Positions 52,998-62,703 of a DNA stretch of 64,000 nt are shown piece by piece. The DNA is taken from the NCBI GenBank assembly GCA_963714975.1, contig CAVQQD010000003.1:416001-480000 (forward strand), read 5' to 3'. Under the pieces are notes generated by a model. It worked only from the letters and a program-made list of their open reading frames with translations, was not told the origin of the DNA and searched no databases. Each line of letters starts with the position of its first letter. The stretch's first letter is position 1. Origin of the DNA: an uncultured Gammaproteobacteria bacterium (GTDB lineage: Bacteria; Pseudomonadota; Gammaproteobacteria; JAURND01). The translations under genes were made by a program, and so were the position numbers.

Positions 52998-54206
52998 TTA
53001 CGCAACTTGTGCGCAACTCGCTTCGGTGGGTTCTTGCTTCCTCGAGCGACCTGACTGCGTCTTCTCTCCACAAGCTAGCAAGCGGTGCCCCCGCTCTAAA
53101 ATATTGATCGCGCCAACCACATCGGCATGGTGGCTATAGCCACAACGCACGCACGCAAACTCAGCTTGCGTTTTGCGATTGTCTGCACAAACGTGCTGAC
53201 AGGCAGGACAGGTTCGACTGGTATTTTTCGGATCCACCGCCAGAAAAATGCCACCGTTCCACTCAAGCTTATAAGCTAACTGGCGTCGAAATTCGCCCCA
53301 ACCCTGATCCAGTATGGCGCGATTTAAACCTGCCTTTTGTCTGACCTGGCGACCGTGCTGCTCACAGTTGCCTTTGGCAGATTTCGACATTGCAGCTATC
53401 TGCAAATCCTCAACACAGACGAGCGCGTGGTTTTTGCTAATCGCGGTGCTGGTTTTGTGCAGAAAATCTTGTCTGACATTGGCAATTGTGTTGTGAGTCT
53501 TTTGAACCCGCCTTTGGGCTTTGATCCAATTACGACTAAATTTTTTCTTACGCTTCAAGCGACGTTGATAATGCGCAAGGCGTGCTTGATGTTTTTTGAA
53601 GCTATTCATGGGTTCGACATAGGTCCCATCACTCATCGTAGCAAAACGTGCAATACCCATATCAATACCCACTGGGGTAGTAGCTGTTGGCAAGGGTTGA
53701 CTCTCTTCACGCTCGGTCTGCACTGATACAAACCACAAGCCATTGCATTGCTTGACGATGACATTTTTAATTTTCCCTACTACATCGCGACTGTTGCGAT
53801 AGCGTATCCATCCCAATTTTGGCAGAAAAATACAGTTATTATCTTGATCCAGCTTAAACCCTTGTGGAAAACGAAAACTAGCTGATGAGTGAGCTTTTTT
53901 CTTGAATTTGGGGAAAGCAGCACGGTAGGCGAAGAAGTTTTTAAATGCGCGATCAAGGTCTTTAGTGACTTGTTGCAAGGTTTGGGAGGGTGATTGTTGC
54001 AGGTAGGGCATTTCTTTTTTCCATACTAACAACCAGTGATTCATACCAAAGCTATGGGTAAACGGTTTGTTTTCGGCGTAGAGCTCTTGTTGACGCGCTA
54101 ATGCTAAATTCCAAACCTTACGTGCATTACCCGCAAACTGACTCATCGCGCGTTTTTGCGCACCATTCGGCTCAATACGGAATTTAAATGCTTGCTGGAT
54201 TTTCAT
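52998..54206 (-). CDS. tnpB: RNA-guided endonuclease TnpB
   Basis: N-terminal HTH (AFKFRIEP), RuvC GIDMG / VEDL / HADVVGA, Zn finger CPAC..CVRC. Confidence 0.94.
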   Translation of the reverse strand: MKIQQAFKFRIEPNGAQKRAMSQFAGNARKVWNLALARQQELYAENKPFTHSFGMNHWLLVWKKEMPYLQQSPSQTLQQVTKDLDRAFKNFFAYRAAFPKFKKKAHSSASFRFPQGFKLDQDNNCIFLPKLGWIRYRNSRDVVGKIKNVIVKQCNGLWFVSVQTEREESQPLPTATTPVGIDMGIARFATMSDGTYVEPMNSFKKHQARLAHYQRRLKRKKKFSRNWIKAQRRVQKTHNTIANVRQDFLHKTSTAISKNHALVCVEDLQIAAMSKSAKGNCEQHGRQVRQKAGLNRAILDQGWGEFRRQLAYKLEWNGGIFLAVDPKNTSRTCPACQHVCADNRKTQAEFACVRCGYSHHADVVGAINILERGHRLLACGEKTQSGRSRKQEPTEASCAQVA

Positions 54207-54284
54207 GCGACTATTATATTCTGGTCTATGCCAAACTCAATACAGTAAAAAGCGAATCCATCACTTATGTGGAGCTCCACATAA

Positions 54285-54461
54285 GATCACCAGCAAATCG
54301 TAGTGATCCTGTAAATGTTCGAGCGTTGCTGTGGCTGAACCTTCTACATCGACGTGGCAATGTTTGTCTTTGAACAAACCTTGCGCGGCTTTTGCGGCCA
54401 TTCGGTTGTCTTCGGTTACTAAAATACGTGCGATAGGGGTGCTTTGTGATTGTTGTGTCAT
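54285..54461 (-). pseudogene. Receiver domain copy 2, truncated at the tnpB element left boundary
   Basis: Near-identical to the 9049 gene up to DHYDLLVI, then unrelated sequence; phospho-Asp lost. Confidence 0.85.
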
Positions 54462-54630
54462 AAAATTCTCCGAGAAATGATTGAATTTGATTTTCTGAAA
54501 GTGTTGCGTAATCAACATGAAAAATGTAGGCAGTGCAGAGGTTTAGTAAGTAATGGCGAAGAGCAATTTCTCGTCATCCCGGCATTCATGCCGGGACAAC
54601 AAAGACACTTCGCCACACCTCACTCCTCTG

Positions 54631-54855
54631 CTACTGCCTACCCTCTTGTAATGAAAGAATGCCACCAAAAAACCTGCCCCAAGCTCCTACCCAGTTCCAT
54701 AACACAGCAAGGACAGGCGAGGAGTGTATACAAGGTAAAAGCCTGTTTGTCCAGGCGCAACAAAGCCGCCTGAATAACAGCAGGTAAAAAAATGAGACAA
54801 ACCTACAGAAAAGAGTTTTACGAAAACTCGTAATGAAGTAAGCTGGACGAGTCAT
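54631..54855 (-). CDS. 74-aa leader peptide, copy 2
   Basis: GGAGGT SD plus ATG; MTRPAYFITSFRKTLFCRFVSFFYLLLFRR... paralogous to 8687-8908. Confidence 0.55.
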   Translation of the reverse strand: MTRPAYFITSFRKTLFCRFVSFFYLLLFRRLCCAWTNRLLPCIHSSPVLAVLWNWVGAWGRFFGGILSLQEGRQ

Positions 54856-55008
54856 GACTGCCGACCTCCGATGAAGGTTGGGGTTATGGAAGTACCCTCG
54901 CAGATGGTTTGGACATCTGTAGGGCGCGGCCTCAGGTGCGTGAGCATCTGAGGTTTCAGTATTATTCAACGGCTTTTGGTTAAATGCAAACTTTTTCTTA
55001 AAAAAAGC

Positions 55009-55671
55009 TTATTTGATTTTTTTCAACAAATAAGCGCATTCATAAAGGTCATGAATTTTTCTTGCCACCCAATGGGACGGAATCTCAGTAATGAACTCTT
55101 TCTCTAGTTGCGTCACACTAAAGTGACTATTAAAAAATAATTTGACATCTTCATATGGAGTAGAAAAGGGAGGTTCCGCGACGTCCGGGGCGCCATGTTC
55201 AAAAACTATCAGTAACATTTTACTATTTAGAGGGATAACAGTTTTTAACCAATTAATATACTGGCTGCGTAATGTTTTGGGTGGTAATGCAGTTAAAGAG
55301 CCTCTATCGTACACGGCCTTAATTTCTGAAAGATGTTGAGAAGTTAAATCAAACAAATCTCCATGGTAAAGGGTACAAGATGCATTTTGATATATTTGGA
55401 AAGAATTATCTTTAAGCTGAGTGATATCAAGTTTGTTTTCTTTAAGAAAATCAGAAATGGCAATAGGGCTTATTTCTACGCCGATTACTCGTTGATTTTG
55501 TTGCATTAGCCAGGTCATGTCTACGCTTTTTCCACACAAGGGAACAAAAACCTTTTCCTGGCTTTGTAGATCTAGAGTTTTAAAATGTTTAATTAGAAAT
55601 CGATGTGGAGTAAGTTGATTAAAAGGGATATTTCCTACTTCCCAACGATTTAGCCAATATTTTTTATCCAT
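55009..55671 (-). CDS. Thiopurine S-methyltransferase family protein
   Basis: YWLNRW, VFVPLCGKSVDM, GVEIS, GDLF, VYDRGSL, PPFS. Confidence 0.9.
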   Translation of the reverse strand: MDKKYWLNRWEVGNIPFNQLTPHRFLIKHFKTLDLQSQEKVFVPLCGKSVDMTWLMQQNQRVIGVEISPIAISDFLKENKLDITQLKDNSFQIYQNASCTLYHGDLFDLTSQHLSEIKAVYDRGSLTALPPKTLRSQYINWLKTVIPLNSKMLLIVFEHGAPDVAEPPFSTPYEDVKLFFNSHFSVTQLEKEFITEIPSHWVARKIHDLYECAYLLKKIK

Positions 55672-55695
55672 AACCCCCTCTCCTCCGAAATCTCC

Positions 55696-55758
55696 CCTAC
55701 CCCCGGCACTTCGTCATCCCTCGCTTCGCTCGGGATGACGAAGTGTCGTGGGGGTAGG
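55696..55758. repeat. Family-B repeat forming the tfuA 3' end
   Basis: CACTTCGTCATCCCTCGCTTCGCTCGGGATGACGAAGTG. Confidence 0.8.
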
Positions 55759-57292
55759 CGGAATTATGGTTGTACCATAAATCTTTGGCATTTTGGTAAA
55801 GCCCTGTTAGCCATAAGGCATCTCGAAACCACCAGATGTGATCGGCTTTTGCTGGTAAGTTAAAACAATCTAAATTATTTTGTTGTACCAGATGCGTATA
55901 ATGGCAATTCAAGCTAATGAGTTCCTGATATTTTTTTGCATTGATCGCATTATCCCTTAGCCATTGCTGTAAATCTTCAGGAGTGAGCAAATTAAATTTT
56001 TGGCGAAAAAGACGAGAGTAGTGTTCTAAAGATTCTGTGGTAGGTTGCAAATTATATTGCTTAATTTTTTGGGTTAGGAACCACCAGAGCAAGGCAATTT
56101 TATGTAATAAAATGTATTTCATGGGTTCTTGATGCATGAAAAGAGTGATCACTTCTTCAGCAGTGGCTTGCTTATTTGTTGCTAATTGATATTTGCTAAA
56201 ATCTCCAAATAAATACAGGTGTAGCAGTAAATAATCTTGTGGCTCGTCGAGGGAAGTCTTGTGACTTTCTTGTTGCAGCAGGTTGGCAATGCTGTTCATC
56301 CTGGTTAAAAATTCTGTTCTTTCTTCCAGGGTACAATCGTATTTCTTGCAACCATCGCTACGTAATAAATCTTCCGGTATCCCAAGAAAATTTTCGGCTG
56401 CGTTGTTATCTGCAGAAATTACTTCATGACTAAATTGATAAATAGTGCTGAGTAAATAAGCAAGGCGGCGGGCGAGTAAATAGTGATCTTCAAGATGCTG
56501 TGCTTCCGCGGCCACTTTTTCTTGCATAGGCAGCCAAGGGAGGGGATCAGGAAAAGAACTACATAGCATATTTTTTTGTAATACCCGAAAAAAGTTTGGG
56601 GCAGCAGGGAAAGGGTTAGCTACTGATGTTACTACCGGGAGCCTTTGGTGGTGTAACTTTTCTAAAAGCAATTGGGCGTCGAGGCGTTTTTGGTCAACGT
56701 ACCCGCCGTTTTGTAACCACTGCAATAAACGAGTAGCGACAGCAGAATCCAAACCGGCGCCTTCTACAGCTTGGTGTAGATTTCTTGTTCGATAATGCAT
56801 TGATTTTGCGATCTCGATAATTTCGTCAGCGCAGGCTCTTGAGATTATATTTTGCGATGTTGCTTGGTTTAGGCTAGCGCGTATGTTGACCATGGCGTCA
56901 GTGAGAGGTAGGTAGTTTTTATCAGCAGGCGCATGAAGCACAGCTACTTCGTCGTCATCATTGAGACGTTTCTGATAATAATCGGCAAAAATTTTGCCTA
57001 TGCCGACCATGCCAAAATCTGCCAATTCTGCGGCACGTAATGCTCCCATACTACTCGCCCCTAAAACTTGAATGCCTTGATTCAGTGCATATAAAATCTC
57101 CTTATGCCACACGGCTGCAGTATGCTCAAAATAGCCATCAATAATCGCCAGAATTCGTGGCTTGAGACGCAAAGCTTGGAGTATATCGCCACATTTTACT
57201 GGTGGAAGAAAAAAAGCTTGCGGCGCTAGTTTTTGCGCTTCTGCTAAAGGTAACGAAGGGCCTAGAAATACTAGATTAGCGATGTGTGACAT
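55697..57292 (-). CDS. TfuA-like protein with long C-terminal extension
   Basis: VFLGPSL, PPVKCGD, IIDGYF...VWHKEIL, GASSMGALRAAEL, DDDEVA, DQKRLDA. Confidence 0.9.
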   Translation of the reverse strand: MSHIANLVFLGPSLPLAEAQKLAPQAFFLPPVKCGDILQALRLKPRILAIIDGYFEHTAAVWHKEILYALNQGIQVLGASSMGALRAAELADFGMVGIGKIFADYYQKRLNDDDEVAVLHAPADKNYLPLTDAMVNIRASLNQATSQNIISRACADEIIEIAKSMHYRTRNLHQAVEGAGLDSAVATRLLQWLQNGGYVDQKRLDAQLLLEKLHHQRLPVVTSVANPFPAAPNFFRVLQKNMLCSSFPDPLPWLPMQEKVAAEAQHLEDHYLLARRLAYLLSTIYQFSHEVISADNNAAENFLGIPEDLLRSDGCKKYDCTLEERTEFLTRMNSIANLLQQESHKTSLDEPQDYLLLHLYLFGDFSKYQLATNKQATAEEVITLFMHQEPMKYILLHKIALLWWFLTQKIKQYNLQPTTESLEHYSRLFRQKFNLLTPEDLQQWLRDNAINAKKYQELISLNCHYTHLVQQNNLDCFNLPAKADHIWWFRDALWLTGLYQNAKDLWYNHNSAYPHDTSSSRAKRGMTKCRG

Positions 57293-58424
57293 GGAGGTGC
57301 ATTCCTGGGATCAACATATGAATTACCGGGACCTGCAGTGCAGGGTTGGTGTGGTCCACCACGAACATGTGTTCAAACCCCGCATTTTGCAATTTTTGGA
57401 TCAGCGTAGCAATAGTGGCAGAGAATGAAGGTGGAATGGTCGGTGTGGGGCAGGCCTGAAATTCACGTTTCCCAGATCGTTTTGTAGAGCATTGCGGTAG
57501 TTGAGGTGATAAGGAGTAATATTCAGGGAATATATCATCTCTGACCCCGCTGATCCAAGTGAGCCGCGATTGGGCTGCTTCCGAGATTGCGCGCGATAAA
57601 GCAATTGATTTCGAAAGGTGCGTGCCGGTGCCGCTAAAGAGACGCGAACCGCGGGTCAGGTCAGGGTCTTGCAAGACGCAATGAAATGTAGGGATACCAA
57701 GGACATTGCTAATATCCCAAAGATTCATGGTGATTTTGCTATAAGCTATGCGTGCAATTAATTCTCGATTGACGGGACAATCTACTGATTCCAAAATAAT
57801 CTGTGTTGCCTCCTTCTTATGTGGAGCGAGCTGAATCCAGCGAAAAATGCAATCGCGTTCGATGAGTTCATATAAACCATGACAGATCGCTTCTTCCTTG
57901 GTATTGCCGGCGGCTAAGCCATTACTACTAATCGTGAAATAATGACGCTCGGCACAGGGAACTGTAGTGTCTAAATTAATCAATGCGTGGGGTAGGTATG
58001 CAGTTTGTTGGTGCATAAGATCCCAAGCTTTGGTCCAGTTTAGTTGCCATTGCGTGATATCAGGGGCTGAATAAAGCCCAGAGCTGAAAAGCTGTGGCTC
58101 AACTAAGGGATGAGTGCTTGAGAATTCATGATAAGTTCCCAGGAAATCAGGAGGGTTGGCATTTTCTGCATGATAGTTCTCGAGCGATTCCATAATGGCT
58201 GATACTTGTGCCAATTCCCAGCTTAAGCCTTTACCCTGGGAGACTGCAAGATGTTTTGCTTGGGGGCGTATACTTAATGCGACGGGTATTTGTAGCGAGT
58301 CTAGTCCTGTGACATTAGCAATTCGGGTAATACCGACAGTGGGAAGCAATGGCAGAAGAACGGCTAAAGTTTCGCTTGCCGCACAAGTGCGCAGCGTTCC
58401 TCCAAGATCGAAAATTTCCTGCAT
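57276..58424 (-). CDS. YcaO-family protein (TfuA-associated type)
   Basis: GITRIANVTGLD, SQGKG, SAIMESLE, SNGLAAGN, ELIERD, EAAQSRLT.ISGVRDD, IPG. Confidence 0.92.
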   Translation of the reverse strand: MQEIFDLGGTLRTCAASETLAVLLPLLPTVGITRIANVTGLDSLQIPVALSIRPQAKHLAVSQGKGLSWELAQVSAIMESLENYHAENANPPDFLGTYHEFSSTHPLVEPQLFSSGLYSAPDITQWQLNWTKAWDLMHQQTAYLPHALINLDTTVPCAERHYFTISSNGLAAGNTKEEAICHGLYELIERDCIFRWIQLAPHKKEATQIILESVDCPVNRELIARIAYSKITMNLWDISNVLGIPTFHCVLQDPDLTRGSRLFSGTGTHLSKSIALSRAISEAAQSRLTWISGVRDDIFPEYYSLSPQLPQCSTKRSGKREFQACPTPTIPPSFSATIATLIQKLQNAGFEHMFVVDHTNPALQVPVIHMLIPGMHLHVTHR

Positions 58425-58500
58425 GGTTTCTCCTTTGAGTATGCTAATATGCTTGACTAAACAGCAATTCTCGCTCTTACTTTGGGATAGGGGGACTCCT

Positions 58501-60000
58501 ATGCTATTTATAGCGTGTTTCAGGTGGTTTTTACCAGCACTTTTTTTACTGGGCGCTATCCTCTTTCCTTCGGTGGGATGGGCAGTTCAGGTTCCACTGA
58601 CACTATTTCCGATAGAAAATTATGATCAAAATGTCGATACTTGGTTATCTCCCAAGGATTCTCATTATGATGTTGCGCTATTGAGTGCTGCTTATCAACA
58701 GCAGCGTTTCGCAGAATTTTTTCGCCATTATTTTTCTACCAAGTCTGATGGTCTGTCACCTTGGAGCCGTTTCTATATAGAGCAAGTTTTTCAGGAGCAA
58801 GGTGGCGTCCAGTCCCTTCAAAAGGAATTATTAGAGCAGCTCAGTAATAAAAATAAGTCTCCTCAATTGATTGGCTATGGGGAAAATTTTCGACCTCATA
58901 CCGAGCAATGGATCGAAAACATTACTCGAAATATGGACTTGCCTGCTTTGGGGAATTTAAAGTTTCAGCCAGCTAATCGCGGTATTTTAGTGAATAATAT
59001 TGCTTTACGAGCTTTGCCGACGCGCGATCCCCATTTTTATTGGTTTGGTTTGGCGGGACAGGGCTACCCCTTTGATAATTTGCAAGTTTCTGCGCTATGG
59101 ACGGGAACCCCAGTCTATATTCTTGGTGAAACTAAAGATCATAACTGGCTCTTAATTGCTGCACCTGGGGTTATTGGTTGGGTAGAGGCGGCTGTGGTCG
59201 CTAGGGCAAATGATAATTTTGTGCGAGTATGGGAGCGCTTGGCGCGTAATCAGCTGATTGCGATTACTCATATCGAAGTGCCGATAGTGGATGCGCGTAA
59301 TCAGGCGTTTCAATTTGCGGCTTATGTGGGTGCAGTTTTTCCCGTATTTGGAGTAGCAGGTAAAGATTTTAAAATACTTATTCCAACTCGTGATAGCTGG
59401 GGTCAAGCGCGCATTCATTATGCGCTAGTAAGCAAGGAACATGCGGTGCGTATGCCGTTATTAGCCACCCCAAGAAATTTTGCCAAGTTGCTAAAAGCGG
59501 TGCAAAACCGTCCTTATGGTTGGGGTGGGATTTATTTCTATAATGATTGTTCTGCTGAGCTAAAAAATCTTTATACCCCATTTGGGATTTGGCTAAACCG
59601 CCATTCTTCCGATCAAATGAAAACGGGGCGGTTAGTAGATTTAGCTAGCGCTTCCCGCGAAGAACGCATTAATTATTTAATTCAACATGGCCACCCTCTC
59701 ATGACGGTGGTTTATATTGGGGGCCATGTTTTTCTCTATGTGGGAAATTATCCGAATCCTCAGGATCCCCAGCGTGCTATTATGGCGATGACCTATCAAA
59801 CTATATGGGGCCTAAAGCCACTCAATCAAGAAGGTCGAGCTGTGATTGGGAAAGCAGCATTCATCCCATTGCTCGCCACCTTCCCAGAAGATCCATCCTT
59901 GATGTCACAAGCAAGCAAATCCATATTTCAAGTAAATTTTATTGATGAATGGCCGGATAAGGCTCAGAGAACAATTCCTGTTTTCGAAAAAGCTTCTTGA
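58501..60000 (+). CDS. SH3-NlpC/P60 cell-wall peptidase
   Basis: Signal peptide, YPFDNLQ, PYGWGG...DCSA, GHVFLYVG; start taken at ATG58501. Confidence 0.88.
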   Translation: MLFIACFRWFLPALFLLGAILFPSVGWAVQVPLTLFPIENYDQNVDTWLSPKDSHYDVALLSAAYQQQRFAEFFRHYFSTKSDGLSPWSRFYIEQVFQEQGGVQSLQKELLEQLSNKNKSPQLIGYGENFRPHTEQWIENITRNMDLPALGNLKFQPANRGILVNNIALRALPTRDPHFYWFGLAGQGYPFDNLQVSALWTGTPVYILGETKDHNWLLIAAPGVIGWVEAAVVARANDNFVRVWERLARNQLIAITHIEVPIVDARNQAFQFAAYVGAVFPVFGVAGKDFKILIPTRDSWGQARIHYALVSKEHAVRMPLLATPRNFAKLLKAVQNRPYGWGGIYFYNDCSAELKNLYTPFGIWLNRHSSDQMKTGRLVDLASASREERINYLIQHGHPLMTVVYIGGHVFLYVGNYPNPQDPQRAIMAMTYQTIWGLKPLNQEGRAVIGKAAFIPLLATFPEDPSLMSQASKSIFQVNFIDEWPDKAQRTIPVFEKAS

Positions 60001-60015
60001 AAAATCATTATAATA

Positions 60016-60095
60016 AATTCCCGCTCATTCCGTTATAGGACCGACGGGTGCCGCAGCGGCAAGACCCGTAGGGGAACAAGGCTTCAGCGGGAATT
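60016..60095. repeat. Family-D repeat between convergent genes
   Basis: AATTCCCGCT...GACGGGT...GACCCGT...TTCAGCGGGAATT. Confidence 0.85.
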
Positions 60096-60104
60096 CCTCA
60101 AAAA

Positions 60105-60626
60105 TCATTTGACTGGATGAATGACGTTTGTGACAATGCCCAAGATGTGAGTTTCGTTTTCAGGTTTTATTTCAATCGCTGAAAATTTACTATTTTCAGG
60201 CAGTAGAAAAACTTGACCACTCTTATTTTTTTTTAAACGCTTTACGGTGAGTTGGCCATCCAGGGAGGCAATAACTATTTTTCCATCGGTAGGTTCCATG
60301 CGGCAGTCTACGATCAAAATGTCGCCATCATGTATTCCTGCGTTTATCATTGAATCTCCGCTGACACGCACTAAGAAAGTTTTTTCAGGATTTTTGACGA
60401 GCAGTTCGTTTAAGTCCATCGTCCCATCAATGTGGTCTTCGATCAAGCTAGGCAAGCCAGCAGCTATTTTCGAAATATAGAGAGGTAATTGATAGCCCTT
60501 GTTAGTAACAAACGACAAAACTGATTTAATTAGGCTTTCTGGAATACGAATAGCTTTAGTGGGCTCTTTAAAACGCCCTTGGCCTTTCGGTCGCCCAGCG
60601 CCTACTCTTGCTCCACCTCGACCCAT
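60105..60626 (-). CDS. UmuD-like S24 self-cleaving protein with N-terminal extension
   Basis: RGGARVGAGRPKG, AAG cleavage site, VSGDSM (Ser), TVKRL (Lys); GAGGT SD before ATG60626. Confidence 0.88.
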   Translation of the reverse strand: MGRGGARVGAGRPKGQGRFKEPTKAIRIPESLIKSVLSFVTNKGYQLPLYISKIAAGLPSLIEDHIDGTMDLNELLVKNPEKTFLVRVSGDSMINAGIHDGDILIVDCRMEPTDGKIVIASLDGQLTVKRLKKNKSGQVFLLPENSKFSAIEIKPENETHILGIVTNVIHPVK

Positions 60627-60648
60627 AAAAACCTCACTGGAAATATTG

Positions 60649-60670
60649 TTGAATATTGTACATAATTCAA
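60649..60670. promoter_or_regulatory. Palindromic candidate operator
   Basis: TTGAATATTGTACATAATTCAA, between divergent genes. Confidence 0.55.
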
Positions 60671-60713
60671 AACGGAAAATATCGATGTTGATTTTAATAG
60701 AAGGAATAAGAAT

Positions 60714-61385
60714 ATGGTACATATTAAAATTAATGATACGAGGTCTAACCCATCAGCACGAGGAAAACGACTTCGTACTGTGCGTTCGATGGCGGGATTG
60801 ACACGTGATCAGGTAGAAAAAAAGTATGGCTTAAGCGCTTATACCGTACAATCTTGGGAAGCGGCTAGAGCAGGAGGGTTGACTAAGCGCGGAGCCGAAC
60901 GTGTTATTCCAATGGTCCGTAATGAGGGCATCTATTGCACCGTAGATTGGCTGCTGCATGGAGTAGGAGAACCCCCAAGACCCACTTATTTACAGATCAA
61001 CCCCAAACCTGAGCCCGATTATGTTCAAAATGAAGCTTCTACCATTATTCAAGAGCTGTTGCTGTTTCGCTCTCTTAATCGAGATGCCATTGACTTAGTG
61101 GTCAGTGATGATGGGATGGACCCTTTCTACTGCCAGGGAGATTATGTGGCAGGAAAGCGTTATTTTGAAGAGATGATTGCACGTTTAGTGGGCCATAATT
61201 GTATTGTGCAGACAGATAACAACTTGATCCTATTACGTCGGATTAAGCTGAGCAAATCTTCCGGTATGTACAACTTGATTTGTCTTAATCCTGATACCAC
61301 AATAGAGGCTACAACTTTATATGAACAGAAATTGGTCAGCGCCGCTCCAGTGATTTGGCATAGGCGACGTGATCCTGTTACTTGA
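60714..61385 (+). CDS. XRE-family HTH regulator with S24-like C-terminal domain
   Basis: [14 protein letters not shown]...[23 protein letters not shown]. Confidence 0.75.
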   Translation: MVHIKINDTRSNPSARGKRLRTVRSMAGLTRDQVEKKYGLSAYTVQSWEAARAGGLTKRGAERVIPMVRNEGIYCTVDWLLHGVGEPPRPTYLQINPKPEPDYVQNEASTIIQELLLFRSLNRDAIDLVVSDDGMDPFYCQGDYVAGKRYFEEMIARLVGHNCIVQTDNNLILLRRIKLSKSSGMYNLICLNPDTTIEATTLYEQKLVSAAPVIWHRRRDPVT

Positions 61386-61396
61386 GAAGAGGAATT

Positions 61397-62359
61397 ATGG
61401 AATACAAAGATTATTACCAAATATTAGGCTTAGAAAAAACTGCAACTTTGGAGCAGATAAAAAAGCGTTATCGAATATTGGCGCGCAAATATCACCCGGA
61501 TGTGAGCAAAGAAAAGGATGCCGAAGAAAAATTTAAGCAGGTAAAAGAGGCTTATGAAGTACTCAAGGACCCTAAAAAACGCAAGGCCTATGATCAGCTC
61601 GGTAGTCAATGGCGGGCAGGGGAACAATTTAAACCGCCGCCTGGTTGGCAATGGGATTTTCAACAGCCAGCTGGAGGTGTCGAGGGTGAAGGCTCTACTG
61701 GGTTTGGGGATTTCAGTGATTTTTTTGAAAACTTATTTGGTCAAGGTGTCAGAAGTCGGACTTGGCAGAGAGCTTATAGTCAGAAAGGCCAGGATTTGCA
61801 GAGTAAAATTATCATATCCTTGGAAGAAGCTTTTGCCGGAACTCAGCGAGTAATCCAATTACAAGATCCTGTGTTAGATCCTGGTACTGGGCGAATAGTG
61901 AATAAGACACGTAATTTAAAGATAAAAATTCCGGCTGGAGTGATTGCAGGCCAGCAAATCCGCTTAGCAGGTCAAGGTGGCAAAGGACAAGGAGCCGGGA
62001 AGCCTGGTGACCTCTACTTGGAAATTCAATTGTCAGAACATCCCTGGTTTACTTTAAAAAATCGAGATATTTATTTAAATTTGCCGGTCACACCTTGGGA
62101 AGCTGCCTTGGGAAGCAAAATTTCCATTCCAACTTTAGGTGGTAAAGTGGAGTTGACAATTCCACCGCATTCACAAACGGGTAGTCAATTGCGCTTAAGA
62201 AATCGGGGATTGCCAGGTTCACCTCCTGGTGACCAATATGTGGTCCTGACCATTTATACGCCTGAACCAAAGACGGAAGAGCAGCAGCAGTTGTATCGAC
62301 AAATGGCGCAAGTAATGCCTTTTAATCCACGCGCGGATCATTTTGGATCATCAATCTGA
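61397..62359 (+). CDS. cbpA: Curved DNA-binding protein CbpA (DnaJ class)
   Basis: [17 protein letters not shown], no Zn finger, [10 protein letters not shown]; followed by cbpM. Confidence 0.9.
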   Translation: MEYKDYYQILGLEKTATLEQIKKRYRILARKYHPDVSKEKDAEEKFKQVKEAYEVLKDPKKRKAYDQLGSQWRAGEQFKPPPGWQWDFQQPAGGVEGEGSTGFGDFSDFFENLFGQGVRSRTWQRAYSQKGQDLQSKIIISLEEAFAGTQRVIQLQDPVLDPGTGRIVNKTRNLKIKIPAGVIAGQQIRLAGQGGKGQGAGKPGDLYLEIQLSEHPWFTLKNRDIYLNLPVTPWEAALGSKISIPTLGGKVELTIPPHSQTGSQLRLRNRGLPGSPPGDQYVVLTIYTPEPKTEEQQQLYRQMAQVMPFNPRADHFGSSI

Positions 62360-62703
62360 TGAGGAAAGATATAATGAAGCAGGATGATTTAATCAGAGGG
62401 GTTCTTATAGAAAAATCCCATTCACTGACCCTCGAAGAATTTTGTGGTGCGATTCATACCTCGCCAGAAATAATTATCGAAATGGTTGAGTACAAGTTAC
62501 TCCTGCCAGAAGGGGAAACGCAAGATAAATGGCGCTTTGATTCCTTTTCATTACGACGGGGTCGGATTGCATTAAGTTTCTACTATGAGCTAGAGATAAA
62601 TTGGGAAGGGATCGCTCTAGCTGTGGAATTATTAGAGGAAATTGAACAGCTGCGCCAACAAGTTGCCCTATTGAAAATGCAAACTTCTACTGATTTCCGC
62701 TGA
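62359..62703 (+). CDS. cbpM: Chaperone modulator CbpM
   Basis: LTLEEFC, W.F, ELEINWEGIALAVELLEEIEQLR; follows cbpA. Confidence 0.88.
   Translation: MRKDIMKQDDLIRGVLIEKSHSLTLEEFCGAIHTSPEIIIEMVEYKLLLPEGETQDKWRFDSFSLRRGRIALSFYYELEINWEGIALAVELLEEIEQLRQQVALLKMQTSTDFR

Larger units (their letters stand above)
51731..54285 (-). mobile_element. Non-autonomous IS200/IS605 tnpB element (tnpA absent), right end interrupted by IS110 element 2
   Basis: Rebuilt right end GGAATCCTCGCCCTTTAGGCGAGGAG|GATGTCAA; tnpB ORF; 22-bp palindrome at the left boundary (exact left end uncertain). Confidence 0.82.
54285..55011 (-). repeat. Duplicated leader/receiver module, copy 2
   Basis: Reverse complement matches 8530-9225; extra family-B-like insert in the long-hairpin loop. 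Confidence 0.95.

Noticed and set aside
54631-54855. Leader peptide copy 2 as the YcaO/TfuA precursor
   Set aside because: It belongs to the duplicated module, whose other copy has no ycaO; adjacency looks coincidental, though this is not excluded
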